Assembly (NCBI GenBank): GCA_976226885.1
Contig: OZ320316.1
Location: forward strand, 87,420,001-87,484,000
Length of the DNA: 64,000 bases
Source: Iphione sp. A-MEVVRFRX5
Lineage: Eukaryota
Reading direction: 5' to 3'
The notes under the pieces were generated by a model that saw only the letters and a list, made by a program, of their open reading frames with translations, was not told the DNA's origin and did not search any database. How positions within the stretch are numbered: the first letter of the stretch is position 1; each line of letters starts with the position of its first letter. The translations under genes and the position numbers were made by a program. Shown in pieces: positions 15,147 through 29,387 of the stretch.

Positions 15147-16570
15147 TATGAGGGTGTGCTTAAAATCAACAGATATCAGTTCTGGAGTTTGCCATGCCTA
15201 GTCAAAATAATCCATCATGATTCCCATGAAGATAAAAAGAGGTTTGGTACAGGAATCTACATGAACATAGTTGCTTTTGAATGTTGTTAGTGGTTTCCAA
15301 GGGCTGCACTCCTACCTTGGTTCGCCTTTATGGTCGTTCTCTGCTGTACATCTACATTTGAATCTCTCTGATACAGACAGCAGGGCTGTCCGGAATAGGA
15401 GAAGTAGATAAACATGGATTCACAGACTTGATCCTGCCTCTTGCCCGTCCACAATGTGAGGTGTCCTGAGAAGATGTCTGGATTACGGGATTGGACTGTT
15501 TTTAATTTGGAAAGGTCGATGCATTTTTGATCAATCCACTTGCACATAGGCAGTACTTAGTACCGTCTCTATTGGCCAGGTCTGGTTGTGATTCCGCCAT
15601 GTAACGTGAAACGTATTTTAGTTTATTGCTTGCTAGTTCCATTGCTTTGAAGTCGGGCTTTTTTTCCTCGCGCAAGATGAGTCTATGTAGTACCGAAGGT
15701 CACGCTCTGTCGTATGCCAGCAAACTCCTCCTTTTCCATCTTGCCTCGTTATTCTTCAGCATGGCTATAAGCATCAAACATGTGTCTGTAATCAGCATTG
15801 TAAATCTTCCGATCCTCCAATTTCTTCTGATATGATTTGAAAAACAAAATCACAACGTCACCAAAGTCACAACGTACATGATTCACATACAAAGCCCATT
15901 AGATTACCACCACATGCAATATTTTACTACGCCATATATGCATATTCTAAGTAACCATTTTTTCCTTGATGTACGAGCGGTAATCTACCTGATAGAGAAT
16001 GTCCCTTTCTAAACTACGGTTAAGTAATCTCAAAGGTTTTCACTCAAAAAAATAACAAAAGCGACCTGACTAATGCTTGGAATAGTACTACTCGTCCATT
16101 ACTCTTGAAAAACTGCTTTTAGATGTTCATGTAATTTATTATTTAGTCAGAGGGTTTGTTACTATAGGAGGGTGGCGAGCAGTTGTAAAAAAAAGAGAGA
16201 AAGTGTGTGCTAGTAGTGATTGAGCTAATGAGACGGGCCAGTCGAGACAGACAACAACCAGCGTCACCAGTAATGGCATATAAATATGGAATTAAATTGA
16301 GACGTAAAGATATGATACGTAAAAAGTGTACCCTTTGACAAATGTTACACACTGGATGTGCCACGAAAAGACCATCAGAGGTTGACGTATGTATAATATT
16401 AGTGTGCTTCTATTTGGCGATATTTAGCAATTACACGGACAGAACGTAGTGGGAACAGTTCTTCGAGTTGCACGTGAACGTCGTGGATTCCACCATCCAA
16501 AGTTGGGTGTATCTATTTGCCAGTTCAGAAGACGTGAAGTATGCCATTAAGGATATCATAGTTAGGGAGG

Positions 16571-16573
<3 letters not shown>

Positions 16574-16644
<71 letters not shown>

Positions 16645-16762
16645 AACAGGCAGAGACAGATAGTGTGTGCGTGTGTGAGAATTAGATAGACAGACAGACA
16701 GACAGGCAGGCAGACAGAGACAGATAGTGTGTGCGTGTCTATGTTTGTGTGTGTATGTGAGT

Positions 16763-16802
<40 letters not shown>
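16574..16802. repeat. Compound microsatellite (GA)n/(GACA)n/(GT)n
   Basis: Directly visible runs. Confidence 0.95.
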
Positions 16803-16805
<3 letters not shown>

Positions 16806-17401
16806 ATTCCTACCCAAGTGTACTGCATGTTTTAATTCCGATCAGTCCTGCTGCATTTCCCCATTTCCATTAGCTGCGCTCGCCAAGTCACACCGATTCG
16901 TCCTTTTTAATTAGACACAAGACTCATGAGAGTGGCTAGACGTGTATCTCAGAACTTGACAGATATCGAAATGACAGGTCTACAGAATATTAAGTGATCT
17001 GGGGAGCTTGCGTTACCTATCCAATTGAATGGAACCAAAATTTGACAGTTAATACATGGGACAGGACAAAGCGTATCCTCTATACATGAATTATAAACTA
17101 GGGAAAAGACAAAGTGTATCCTCTCTACATGAATTAGAACATCAAAGGGAAAATTCCGTGGAAAAGGGCGATATTTTAGTTTTGTCAAAGCCCAATTAAC
17201 CCAGTGAATTTGATTGCAAGGGATACCCCCATTATAATCTAACCCGAAGCCTTCATTACCAATACAATTCTGGCCGAAGTCACGAATTTCCTAAAAATAT
17301 GAAGACATACCATGTTGAGGTATACATTGTATACTTAAAAGCCTTGCCAAGTTGTAAATATTCGTCGGATTTTAAGTAAGCGTGACTCACGCCTGGCTTC
17401 A

Positions 17402-17572
17402 CAGGGGTGGGCACCCAGTGAAAAGTTGTCGCATGTTTTAACCTCTGTGTGGCAAAAAAATTGCATTCTATTCAATTTATAATATTTTTTAAAGGCACAA
17501 AATTCTGTTGTCGCATATTTTAGTGTCCCTGTCGCACGTTTTTTGCGACATAGCGACAGTTGCCCACCTCTG
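17402..17572. mobile_element. MITE with CAG(G/A)GGTGGGCA TIRs and 5-bp TSD CTTCA (hAT-like termini)
   Basis: TIRs match 11/12. CTTCA at 17397-17401 and 17573-17577. Subterminal TGTCGC/GCGACA motifs occur five times. Confidence 0.75.
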
Positions 17573-19765
17573 CTTCAACGCCTGAAAGCCTTAAGATGGG
17601 TGATTTTCAGAAAAACAAGGTTTTGAGCTACAAAGCTAGTTGATAAATTTCTAAATATCACATATATGTTCACATTTCATTTAGGATGAGTGTTTTTCTC
17701 TCAGGTCTTAACAAGGTTGGCCGGATGGGCAAGTACAGGCCGGCAGACTCCGGGTACAAATTGATAACCTCGCGCGGACAATGCGGCTGAAGGGGGTCAT
17801 AGTCACCGCCATCAGCCGCCAATGCTTATATTGGCATTGCTCGCTCTAACCCCAGCTAGCCACACTCTGGCCCCGTGCGGGACAAGCTTTTAGCGCCCTC
17901 TGGTGAGCCGGGTGATCTTTTTCCGTATCGTCAGACTATGGATCAAGAGAGGAGGGGGGCCGATGTTTCCATGGCCATGGTTGAAGGGTCACCCAAAGCA
18001 CTTAGAGCAGTAGATGGGCGTGCTTGTGGGGTGACATTGCCCATTCGGCCCGCGAATAACTCACCAGTGGCCAGGAGAGCAGTCCAACCACTACTTTTAG
18101 GCACGCTAAGCGGTGGCTGCCCCCCTTGACTGCCCAGGGGAGAGGAACAGCTCAATCACTACTCGCCAACAGGGATATTCCGTGGGCCTACCCGGGTGCT
18201 GCTCACCCATTAATCAACTACCCTTTTGCTGAGGCCTATCAGCATAGTGAGCATCTCCGGAAAGTATACAGATTGTTTTATTTTGTAGGTAGTGAGAGGG
18301 GAAGGGAACAGTGAACCCGTGATGTAGGAAGAAAATCGGTTATGTGATCCTAATTTGATACGTTTCCAAGCAGAGCTGCTCATTACTTGTTGCATATAGT
18401 TGAACAAATGGCGTGTTTTACGTAGTACGTTGTACATAGCTGAATTTCATATCTTGAGAATCATATTCCACGAAAAAAACTGACCAGTGATAGAGAAGAG
18501 ACTAGTATGTAAGCGAACGGCAAGAATAAACGGATACTAAATCAACGACCATCACTTTAAAAATTGTCCTTTTGTCGCCCAGTGATTTGCAAATAATGAA
18601 TAAGAGTTCTTTTCCAGCGACAAATAGTTTTTATATTCATGTGCCTCTTCTAAAAAAGCCTGACCTCCTGACGTTGTCACACCAATGTACAGTAAGGATG
18701 ACCAAAGAGGCCCTAACGACGGATGAATGTTACAGAGGAAGATCCGAGCAGTCATTTCCTAGTGGACAGGAACGCCTTTCCGCTTCCTCCTCCTAAGTCG
18801 CCATTTTGTAGGCTTCAGATCACCAAGGTTAACCATGGCTCTTGTAATTTGCTGGTCTTTATTAAGTATAACATTTCACATTAGATATTTACACATTTTT
18901 TGTTTGTTTGGTTGTTATTTTGTAGTATCCACATGTAGGCAAAAATAAATACATGTAAGGGTTATTGGCTGGTCTTAAAGCCGACGGATAGGGAGTGTGC
19001 TTCCTTATTGTCTATTAGTAGAGGTGGGCACTGCTGACCGGCTGGGGTCGAGGCTAAAGGCTGAACCAATGAGATAAGGGGCGACTGTGTACGATAAGAC
19101 GTCAGCTGTATTATCTGGGTGTCTGCCGGCCTGCACTGCCAAACGTCTCGCCGATGTAAATCACGGCGTCAGCGCGTCGGACGGAAATAAGCGGGCGATT
19201 CGCACAATTTCACTAACAGCGATGGTTGCCAATTGATAGATACTGAAACGCCTTACGCATCAGTAATTTCAATTTTCCCGTTCTGTCGTAGGCAAGCAAA
19301 TATCTTCGTCACGCTATTGAATGAAGAGATATGCCTTTAAAGATCTGATTGATTTCCCCGTTGGCTCAATCTCGCGTATTTTAGGAACATTGAAACATGC
19401 GAGGCGCTCGGCTTGGATTTCTTTTAAATGAGGAGAACATGTCACACGAGCCGGCAACTGCCTTTACAAAATGCAACAATTTCTCGGACGAACGGCCCAG
19501 ATGATTAATGGTACAACTTCCCACGGTTCTGTATTCTGATACTTGAAAACAGTTCACGATCATCCAGATGAAACTATAAATATCGGCGCAATATGGGTAG
19601 TGTGACATTATTGCTTAATATGATAAAGTCGAACACGCTGCCCATGCTCCCTTGTAGACACCCATGGTTTTGTGTATCATGAGAAATCTATATGATTGAC
19701 TTTGTGTATGAGACGTGCTAACCAAGTGTCCGTTTACTGACTCGATGAGTGTACTGTCGTTTCAG

Positions 19766-21346
19766 CTGTGGCGGCCCTGCTGCCTTATATGTCCATCTAT
19801 ATGAAGCAGCTGGGCCTGACCGCCTCGGAGACGGCCATCATCTCTGGCACCATGCCCTTCCTGGGCGCGTTCGTTCGGCCTATCGTCGGTGGGATCGCTG
19901 ATAAACTGCATGCACACAAGGCGACACTGATGATCTGCTGCGTGGCCACAGGCCTCCTTCACGCGGGGTTGCTCTTTGTTCCACCCGTCGACTCCGACGC
20001 CCCCAACGTCGACCCGGCGTCGCGCGTCAGCATCGAGTGCAAGCGCGACAATTCGGTGATCAAGTACTGCACGGACACGCGCAAGCTGGGCCGCGACTGC
20101 TACGTGCCGCCCGAGGGCTTACTCAACGTGACGGGAGCCACACCCGACCCGGCCATCAACGGCTCCGAATGCAAGCTGCAGTGCGAGTTCCTCGTGCCTG
20201 ACGAATCCAGCGGCTCCAACGGCATCTGCTTCACGCCCTTCCGGGTGCGCGGGCCGGGCGCGGCGGTGGTGCGCGTGGACGACGAGCGGCACGACTGCAT
20301 GCCGACGTCGGCCTGGCCGACGAACGGCACGCCGCCTGAGCTGGAGTTTGTCCTGGAGGAGATGAATCATACTCTGACGCAGTACACCTTCGACGAGGGG
20401 ACGCGACAGTCGCTCGTCTGTCATTCGTACGCCATGTCTGCCTTCCTGTTCAACGGCACCTCCTACCAGCGCCTCTTCTGTGACCGACTCACCCACCTAC
20501 GCTGCCATGTCGAGTGTGACCGCTTCTCGCAGGAACTAGCTCGCACCAGCTGCACGGAGGACCGCCGTGACTACACCAACAAGTTTGGCCGCACCTTCCT
20601 CATGTTCTTCTTCATCGACCTGCTGGCCTACATCGCATTCGCTCCCATCTTCAGCTTGATCGACGCCATGACTTACGACTTTCTCGGCGAGGAGCGCGGC
20701 AAGTGGGGTAAACAACGGATGTGGGGGACCATTGGCTTCGCCCTGTGCGGCGGCCTCGTCGGCGTGCTCATGGACGTCTACAGCGTGGACAAAATGTCCG
20801 CCGACTACACGGTGTCGTTTGCCGTCTTCGCCGTGCTGCTAGCGGCGGCGGCCACGGCGGTCTGCCAGTACAGTATCTCCGGCGCCATGACCTGCTCGTC
20901 GATGCTCACACACATTGGCGCCTTACTGTGCCGCCTTGAGGTACTTATGCTCTTCTTCCTAGTGTTTGCCTTCGGCATGTTGAACGGGTTCATCGAGACT
21001 TTCCTCTTCTGGCACCTCCAGACGCTTGGAGCCCGCCCGATGCTCTTCGGCTGGTGCATTGTCACGGCCTGCCTCTCCGAAATCCCCATGCTCTTCATCG
21101 CAGGACGGGTCATCAGCATCATCGGCCACGTCAAGTGCCTCTGCCTTGTGTGCTTCGCTTATGGCGTACGCTTCACAACCTACTCCTTGATCCAGGACCC
21201 CCGTCTCGTGCTGGCCGTCGAGCCCCTACAAGGCATCAACTTTGGCCTGATGTACGCAGCCGCCTCCTCCTATGGGAGTCTCATCACGCCGCCGGGCATG
21301 CACGGCACCATGCAAGGCTTTATTGGCGGCTTATATTTTGGATTCG
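19766..21346 (+). CDS. MFSD6-like major facilitator superfamily transporter, large internal coding exon (5' exon not identified)
   Basis: ORF with LLPYMSIYMKQLGLT, GIADK, GKWGKQRMWGTIG and VEPLQGINFGL motifs, multiple TM segments and GC-rich codon usage. Acceptor tttcag ends at 19765 with branch-like TACTGAC upstream. Donor G|GTAAGT at 21346/21347. Confidence 0.9.
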
Positions 21347-24300
21347 GTAAGTACCTCTTAGAGATCATCAGCATTTGCACACGAATATGCTAAACTTCCA
21401 CATGTGTTACCGCTTTGCAACAAAAGCGTATGTAGTTTATCAACAATGCACAGGTATGCTATGCTATTCGCTTGGAGGGGAAAATCTACCTTTCCATTTT
21501 AGATTCACTTAAGATCTCTTAGCAGAGACCTAACCACGAAGACGCATACAAAAGATACACATCCTTATCTTCAGATATAACATCGGTGTGGCTCTGATTA
21601 GTCATGACTGTGGAATCACTGAAGCATTCTCCTCGGATATCTTGCCGTATCTCAACCCTCACAAGAGACCTTACATACGGCTTATACTGTCAGCGCAAAT
21701 CCCTTAAGTAAGACCTACGATAGCGTCAGCGTATTTCTGATGTGCAATGTACAGTTAATATTGCATGCAACAGGACTGCTTCCTACTCGGCAGCTCGCCT
21801 GTGCTCTCATATTCTACTTTCGGCTTTGTTATTCCTATACAGTAATCACTCAGACATTACCTTTCCATTTGCAGACGTTAGATAACCACCTAATCTCCTT
21901 GATGCAGGACGCTTAATGTGTCTGCGGTATGCAGCTTCACATTAACAGCGATAATTGACTCAGAATCGCTGCTAGAGGAGACTGTAAATAATGATCAGTC
22001 AGAACTGATCACCCAGAAGCAATTTATTAATTCAGCAGCAACGTCAACAAATGCGTGTCATTCTCTCATGCTAATCCACAGATTGCATATGAGATGTGGA
22101 TGCACGTTACTGCCTATCATGTTGCTAGGCCACACTAACCACATGGTTAAAGTTTGTCGGACAATTTTTATGTTCGAAGACTTTTTCCCCATAAAGAAAT
22201 ACAATTAGAAGACATGTAGTAGGCTTCCCAGATTCCTTAATATCCTCTGCCTCTCTATTGAATAATGCATTTAGATAACTATATAACACTCAATTGGCAT
22301 GGCCTCCTGTCCCATCGTATGCAGCCGAGGGGGTTCTTAAATATACGAGAAGGTTGGCATAGGGACGATCAGATTCTCATAGATGTCAGGAAAGTTTCGC
22401 TCAGTATAAAGATGAAAATAGGAGACGTCGCCTCGGGGGGTTGTATAAAAACGCACCCATGCACACTGTAAGATGGCATCTCAGTTGTCTGCAACTGTCA
22501 AGACCCACATCGGCGGGAACAGTCAGTACAGGGGACTCTGCCGGCTTCCTCGGAGCAATGACGAAACAGTTCTTATCAGGAGATAGAAGTGGAGGTCCGT
22601 AAAGGCTTGTCAAGACGACCTCTTCATTGAGCGACCAGAGTCTGCTGACGACAATCCCCCCTCCCCACTCCCTCCCTCCCCGCTCCCCCACCCACATGGT
22701 GAATACGACGCCATACCCAGCGACATTTCATCAACAACTGTCGTCCAATCTGACGGCTTTAACTATTTTAAGGCTTACCCAGTCAGCTCGTCTGATGAGT
22801 CCCGCCGCCGTTTTACCGGTAAATCTTACAAGAAATCAGGTTGTGTGTCTGCTTGATGTCTACTCGACTGGCTGTTACTCGCGTTGTTTTCTTCTGTTAG
22901 GGATTCAGCCTTTCAAAAAAGCTTTGCGGAGCACTTCCTTTGAGTCCACAGGGTACAAATGAACAGATGCCATGGATATGGAAGGCTTCGTTTGATGTAT
23001 TCATGTGTTAGAGAAGGAAGTGTCAACGAGGAAAAAATACTTCCCATCTTTAAAAAAGACCTTTTTCTTTTACCTTTGTTAATGCGGCAGAATGTAATTT
23101 ATCATCGTAGGTAGTAATGAGCATTCGTCGTATTAATGAACATTCGTCGTATTATATTCGTGTAAGTGCGCATAGTTACAAGAAAATGATGTTTTAGATC
23201 ATGCACCAATAGTGCTTGAGGTAGCTAAACCCTTTTTTTCATTTTGACCGTAACACTTGCAGTGCGTGGGACACTAATACAATGCTATCTAAAAGAAAGG
23301 TTAACAGTTGTCCACGTATTATGCAATCACATTATTGATAACCGTGCTGAATTATGTTATTCGATTATATACCTGTTTATTGTTAATGTTTCTTTTGCCT
23401 TTGGACACGTATTGCTTCGTAAAATTTTCAGATGGCGTTTTGTGTACCTCTCAGACTTCTAAATGTCTGCAAGTCTCTGAAGATTAGCGTTTGAAGGACT
23501 TTGTGGACGTACCTACCGAGAATGTCATTTTACTTCTTTCACCTGAAAGGCTAAGGTTACAGTGGTGCATGACAGAGCCGTAGCTGGCTTTCTTAGCTCG
23601 ACATACCCACCACAGACGTATGAGACAGGTCCGAGCATCATTGCGTTCGCCTACGAGCAGGCGCCCAGATGAGTAATTATTCCAGCAGTCTGTACTTTCT
23701 CTCCAGTCCAAAAGGCCCACAAAGGAGTCACCTGGGTGGCAGTAAGGCCCGGTGATGGGATCACGCGGGGATCTCACTGATGGGTTCACTCGGGGTTGGC
23801 TTGAGAAGCGGAACTGCGGATGGAATGGCTGACGGGATCGCAAGGCTTTCGGGATCACTGAGCTTCGGCGGGAACTCTTCCAGAAGACTTGTCGCTACTG
23901 TTCTCCCCAGTAGGCAAGCCGTGTTAATTGGAATGCGCCGCTCCCCCAGGCACACGTAGTTTAACCAATTATAGTCACAAAGATGTCGACAAAGAAATCG
24001 TTTCTTCTCGAGCTGCATGCCTCATGGTAATTCACAATCGGCCTTTTCAGATATTGCGTTTGATATCGGTTTGTTGCTGAAAGTCACTTGGCAGTATTTT
24101 TTATGATCATAGAATAAGACAAATTATGCCAAAAGATATGGCATGGCTATGACAGGTTCAAAGTGAGCTTCTCGTGCCATTTTATTCACAGTTGTGTATT
24201 CTTGTGCATTTGCGATTCTTGCCTATAGTACTTTTAACAAACGTGTAGTCTGTAAAATCTGAATATGTGCTTTGTACCATGAGAATATTCTAAGAAAGGT

Positions 24301-27300
24301 AAAAACCATTCTTGATCAGGTCCCTTTGAACCCGTTCTAAACAGTGTTTGAGAAAGGTGGCTTATGCTTTCCTGTGTGTAGCTGAGTAATGACGATCCAA
24401 GTGGGCCCAAAGATATAGCATCGAGTGAACTTTTTGCATAAGGCCACCATCCCATTAACAATTTACGGACATCTTTTGGCCAGAAAAAACATGGTAGATT
24501 CCTTGCCCGTCTAAACACAGAACACGTCCATAGCAACGTGTAAACCCCAATTACAACTGGATGGTTGTGAAGTCCTATAGTCTTCGATAAATAAGCAAAC
24601 AAAAGCGTGGCAGCAATTTTACATTCTCTCATCCTTTGGTCTTTCAAAATAAATTGCCTTTTGTTGAAAAACTCAAGACTTTGGAAAAGCAATCACATAA
24701 GGAGTTTTTGTTTTTATAGAATATGCGTAACAGAACAGAAGAATTACTCTGTAAAACAAGCTAATAACAGTGAGATAGTGTGGTTTCTTTTTGCAGAACA
24801 GAGTAGTGTATCAGGGTAGGAGGTCGCAGAGAGTTCGTCACATAATCAAGGTGAGAGGACGATACCCTTAGCCAAAAGTCATTCATTCCAAGTTCATTAC
24901 ACTGAGAACCATTAGAAGGAGGCGATGCTCCTTGGAAGATAGAGATTGGAATGAATATGTAAGACATATGTTATAGCTGGATATAGTGTGATTAGTGACA
25001 GATAGGACATCTCTTCTGGCTCGGAAGATTGCTATGGACTCATGTACATACAGCATAAGGCATTTGTCAAGACGAGATAGTAGCCAAATATATTTTGTAC
25101 ATATAAAATGATCAAACAAATTGAGGGTTTCGTCGAGTTGGGTGACTGAGCCACACATCCACTGAAGTTCAGATATTTCAAATATCTAGTCAACCACTGT
25201 GGCGCATACCTATAGATACACCGACGGATATTACATGCTGTTCATTCTGTGTTGCGTCCACCTTTGGATTAGTGCTGCTCGAAATATTAAGAGTGCATCG
25301 CCCTCGAAACACGAAGGTGTGAGGATGCCTGTAGCTAGTAGTCCCTCGCGGGAAGTTCACGTGGCATTTCGTTAAAAGGACTGCCAGGATGTCTCGAGGA
25401 CAATCTGTTAGTAGGTGTATGCATTACGGAAGGAGTTTCTCGTCGGATGTTTTCACGACAGGATATCTAAAATCTGACTGAAATAACCGGCGAAGATAAA
25501 TGAAACATTGGTTTCCCCCACAAGCTTTAATATTTCACAGATTCTTGCAAACAGCTAGTATTACACTCACAAACGATTATGTTCCAGTTACGTCTCATAT
25601 ACCTTCAAAATTGTATAGCGATATTCAGGGGAAGAACACTTCAATGGACGTAAATACTACGATTTGGCTTCCTCAGTGAACATGAGTCAAATTGCTGATA
25701 AACAATTTGATACTGACTTTTCAATCTTGTCAGGTCTCGGAAAATCCTTCACGTTTTTCGTGATGTAACGAGTGCATGTACTTTTGTTTCAGTGCACTTG
25801 AGATTAAAACAAACAAGAGATACAAAGCAACATGTCTGCTTGTTGGCATGAATGTACATGTATGTACAAAGTATATACATGTATTTGTCTGATTCTCTCT
25901 GTCCCTGTCTTACTCACTATTCCGCAGGCTGACATCCTCACTCTCACGGACATTTGCTTTCTTTTTTACAGCCGGTCGTACTACGCCAGCCTGTGCTGAT
26001 GAGCGTACATTATTCAAACTGCTCAGCCTAGCGCTGCCCTAGCCGAACATATCCCATCGTGTCGTACTACCCATTTCCCCCGCCCGCTTATATCCCCCCT
26101 GTGGATTTATCGTGCATATTGCTGGCTGAGGAATCCTGATCGCCGACAGGCTGTCACCGCCAGTAGCGTCTCATTGTCGTCTCATTGTCCCCAGGGTTGA
26201 GAATTTGCGCCTTATTCTGTCTAATGACTTAACCTCACCGTCATCCGCACGTGCTTTGGGCCACCTCTTCCGCACCCCGAATTCTGGACCATATGGCGCT
26301 TGTGTATGTCCAAGTGGCAGTGATCCTCATTTGGGAATAATCAGTATAGCTAGAAAGCATTGCACAAAGGCACATAGGTTGGTTGATTCTGACCCTTTAC
26401 CTTCCTTTCTCACTGTGCAGCTTACCCGTCCATTACTCATAGGGCTCATTATCAAGGACAGATCGCAGGCCTGCTCTAGTGCCACGTTCTGCTGGACTTG
26501 GTTCTTAGGTGTCTTGTGTACAAGACGGAGTGCTCTTCCATGCAGCACCATATTCCCAAGCCCGTGCTCTCCCCTGAGCGGGGCGGCTAGGGTGCCATGG
26601 GCTCTATGGCCACCACATTGTCCCGGCCAAGGCGCCGCCAGAGATCAGCTCTGAATCAAACAGCGACCGGGCGCCAATTTAGGAGGCCTTAGGCGCGGCA
26701 AAGAGCGCTAAATCGGCACCGCGCGGGAAGGCGCAGGCGATGGCCTGAAGCACCCGGCGGCGTGAGCGGCGTAAGAAATGCGTCCCTGCCAAACGTTGCC
26801 CCAAACGGACAACATCACTTATAAACAAGCCAGTAGGGGGTGTCGCCGAGCGTGATGGGGCCAAATGGCAAACGCCGCCAGTGGTGGCCGCGTTTAGCAT
26901 CCCATCTTTCTGTCCGCAACAATAAAGTCATCCCAGTCCGTAGCTGCAGGGGGTGAACGAGCGACGCGATGAGGAGATGAGAGATCCACTTTGGGCGGAT
27001 GGTTATCTAAGTATGGCGCACAATGTTTGGGGTTTCATTCTGTTCCAAATTGTTAGTGTTTTAGACAAATTTGAAATCGTTATTTGTATTGAATTACCTT
27101 TTTGGAAGGTTGCTAGGGTGAAAGCAGTAGTATATTAATACATCTTTCCTCCCTCTCTTGAGTGCGCAATGGGGCTACAGTAGTTGTTATATTCGTGTAG
27201 TTAATTTCTGGTTGAAGATCAGTGGCCATTTATAGAACATGCGTACTTGAGTGAAAGTTTCGCTAGTAGAGACCGCTTAGAAAGACCTCTTCAATTCAGA

Positions 27301-29045
27301 ATAATGTAGTTATCCCGTCATAGATCTGTGTGCTCAACTTACTAAATTATGTTTCTTAGAGGAGGCGGCAGTTCAGCACAGGATCTCCAGGAGGACCAAA
27401 GTATTTTCACCCGAACTTATTGAAGCCAGGCTTATTTAAACTACCTATATAAAACGATGCCTGAAAGTAGTTCCGGCTGAGATACTTTTAAAGTCTCATA
27501 ATTTGCTTATGCTTATGTATTATTACTGTTTTTTTCATATCATAGACAAAAATCATATGTGTTCTGTCAAAAAAAGACAAAGCAAACGAAAGTGCACATA
27601 AAATTATGTCACGTTGGACTACTTTTTCAGTCAGGTACAGGGATATACTAAGATGACTGGGGTTGGGGGATCAGAAATAGAGGAAGGGGTCAAAGTACAG
27701 AGTGTCCTAACAACCCAGTGAATGTAGGTGCCAACACTTGTTTATATTTAACTCATTTTGTTGCTGTCTGTCACTTATGGTTGCCTTATCCTGGCATGTA
27801 ACTTGTTTTCCACCTGTTTGTCTTTTCGCCTTGTTTTGTTAGTGAGTCAATAGCATAGTTTCCCTAATATTGCAGTAGTTGGGGTCCCATTGAAAGATTC
27901 TTGCTACTTTTTTTATAGGATAATGGAGAGTATATTGAATTTGGTACTTGATGCTTGCAGAGTAGAAGGACAGACAATTTATTAGTGACGATGACTGGCC
28001 CTCCTTGAAATTCTTGCTATATTATAATTTAGCATTTCTGCAACTATTTTTACGGCTTCAACATCTGCTTTATAGGTACACAAGTATTCATCTTACCAAC
28101 CGCAAAGCTTAAGGCTACATACCTCATTAAAATGAATAGGCCAGAGCCTACATTGAATTAGCTTTGAGTTAATATTTGGATGACATAGTATTGTTGATGT
28201 AAGTAGTACATGGAAATAGACCATTTGCACATCTATGGCTTCGATCTGGCCACCGAGTGTGATGCTCTTCTGTCTGTCAACTGATTCCTGTCTGGTTAGA
28301 GTGCTACAAATTAAATGTTGCCTGAAAGTAGTCTGGCCGTTGGTTAAGATCTCATGTGTATGAGACTCTTCCTGAACCTTAGGATTTCTTTTCTCTCATA
28401 GGTTATGTTAATCTTTTTTGGAATAATTGAAACTGTCACATGTTTTATGGTTAAAAAAACATAGCATAAAAGAAAGCACACCGAAAATCTGACACTACTT
28501 TTTCAGTTGGGGTAGTAATACACCACACGCATCTTCAGCAATTGTAAAATTGTAATTGTAAAATATTATCTCCCTACTGAAGGGTGGAAGGGGGTCGTGA
28601 CCCAATTATGTTCAGCCCAAGCAGTCACCCCAACTACCGCCCCTATCCAGTCATCTAAGGAGTCAGTGCAAGTGCCGAAGGTGCTTGTTAGTGATAAGAA
28701 TGCTGTCATTGTGTCCACACCCAACGTTTTCCGTCTTGCCTCTATAGGGTTATCATTTCTGTCTATAAACTCTTTTTGGTTTATTTAGGCTGCGGCTTAA
28801 GACTAGTTGTTTTTACTTATTGGTTAATGCGTGGTAAACGTAGGCTGAAGGATTGATGGTTGATTGATGCTGATTGACGAAATGGTTAAGTTTGTTTTGT
28901 GGCTCAGAACCATAGGTTGGATGTTCGAAGCTAAGGGTTGACAGCTTAAACTATAATCACTTCAAATTTAGTCTAAACCATGAGAATTAACAAACACTGA
29001 AAATTGCATATGGCGTTTTTCCCTTCCTGTAAGACAAGTAACATG

Positions 29046-29387
29046 TGTAGCGGTGTCATGTGGCAACGTTGCACGGTGCAAGGTTGCATTGTGCGAGGTG
29101 GCACTGTGCACTGTGCATTGATGCTCTCAGCGCGGAGTGCAGTGTTGCAGTGTCGCCTCGTGCTTTGTGCTTTGTGCTTCGTGCACTTGCGATTGACGCA
29201 TCGTGCAGCGTTGCACCATGCACCGCTGGAGGGCTCCAGCCTATAAAAGCAGGAGCTGGAGCCCTCTCCAGGCAGTTCTGGGCAGGGAACCATACTGTGA
29301 GCATCTCACTCATTATTGTCTCAGCAATAAAGATCCTTGGTTCATACTTCCTAGTTATGTCTTACTTGCGGAGTGGCCGACGTTACA
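29046..29387 (+). repeat. 5' LTR
   Basis: TGTAGCGG...CGTTACA. TATAAAA at 29242-48 and AATAAA at 29326-31. Direct repeat of 38731-39072. Confidence 0.97.

Noticed and set aside
16431-16817. ORFs with SLSLSL or RERERE runs
   Set aside because: Translations of the microsatellite.
19060-19110. CCAAT and GACGTCA motifs as the MFS promoter
   Set aside because: Short motifs that occur by chance; no linked first exon identified.
21347-21393. Track ORF 19768..21393 taken as a complete single-exon gene
   Set aside because: It starts at a GTG just after an acceptor and runs past a consensus GTAAGT donor. The missing last TMs are in the exon at 53826.
26660-26680. TGGCGCCCG on the minus strand as a tRNA-Lys PBS
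   Set aside because: Only 9 nt match, no CA-ending LTR precedes it, and no retroelement domains follow.
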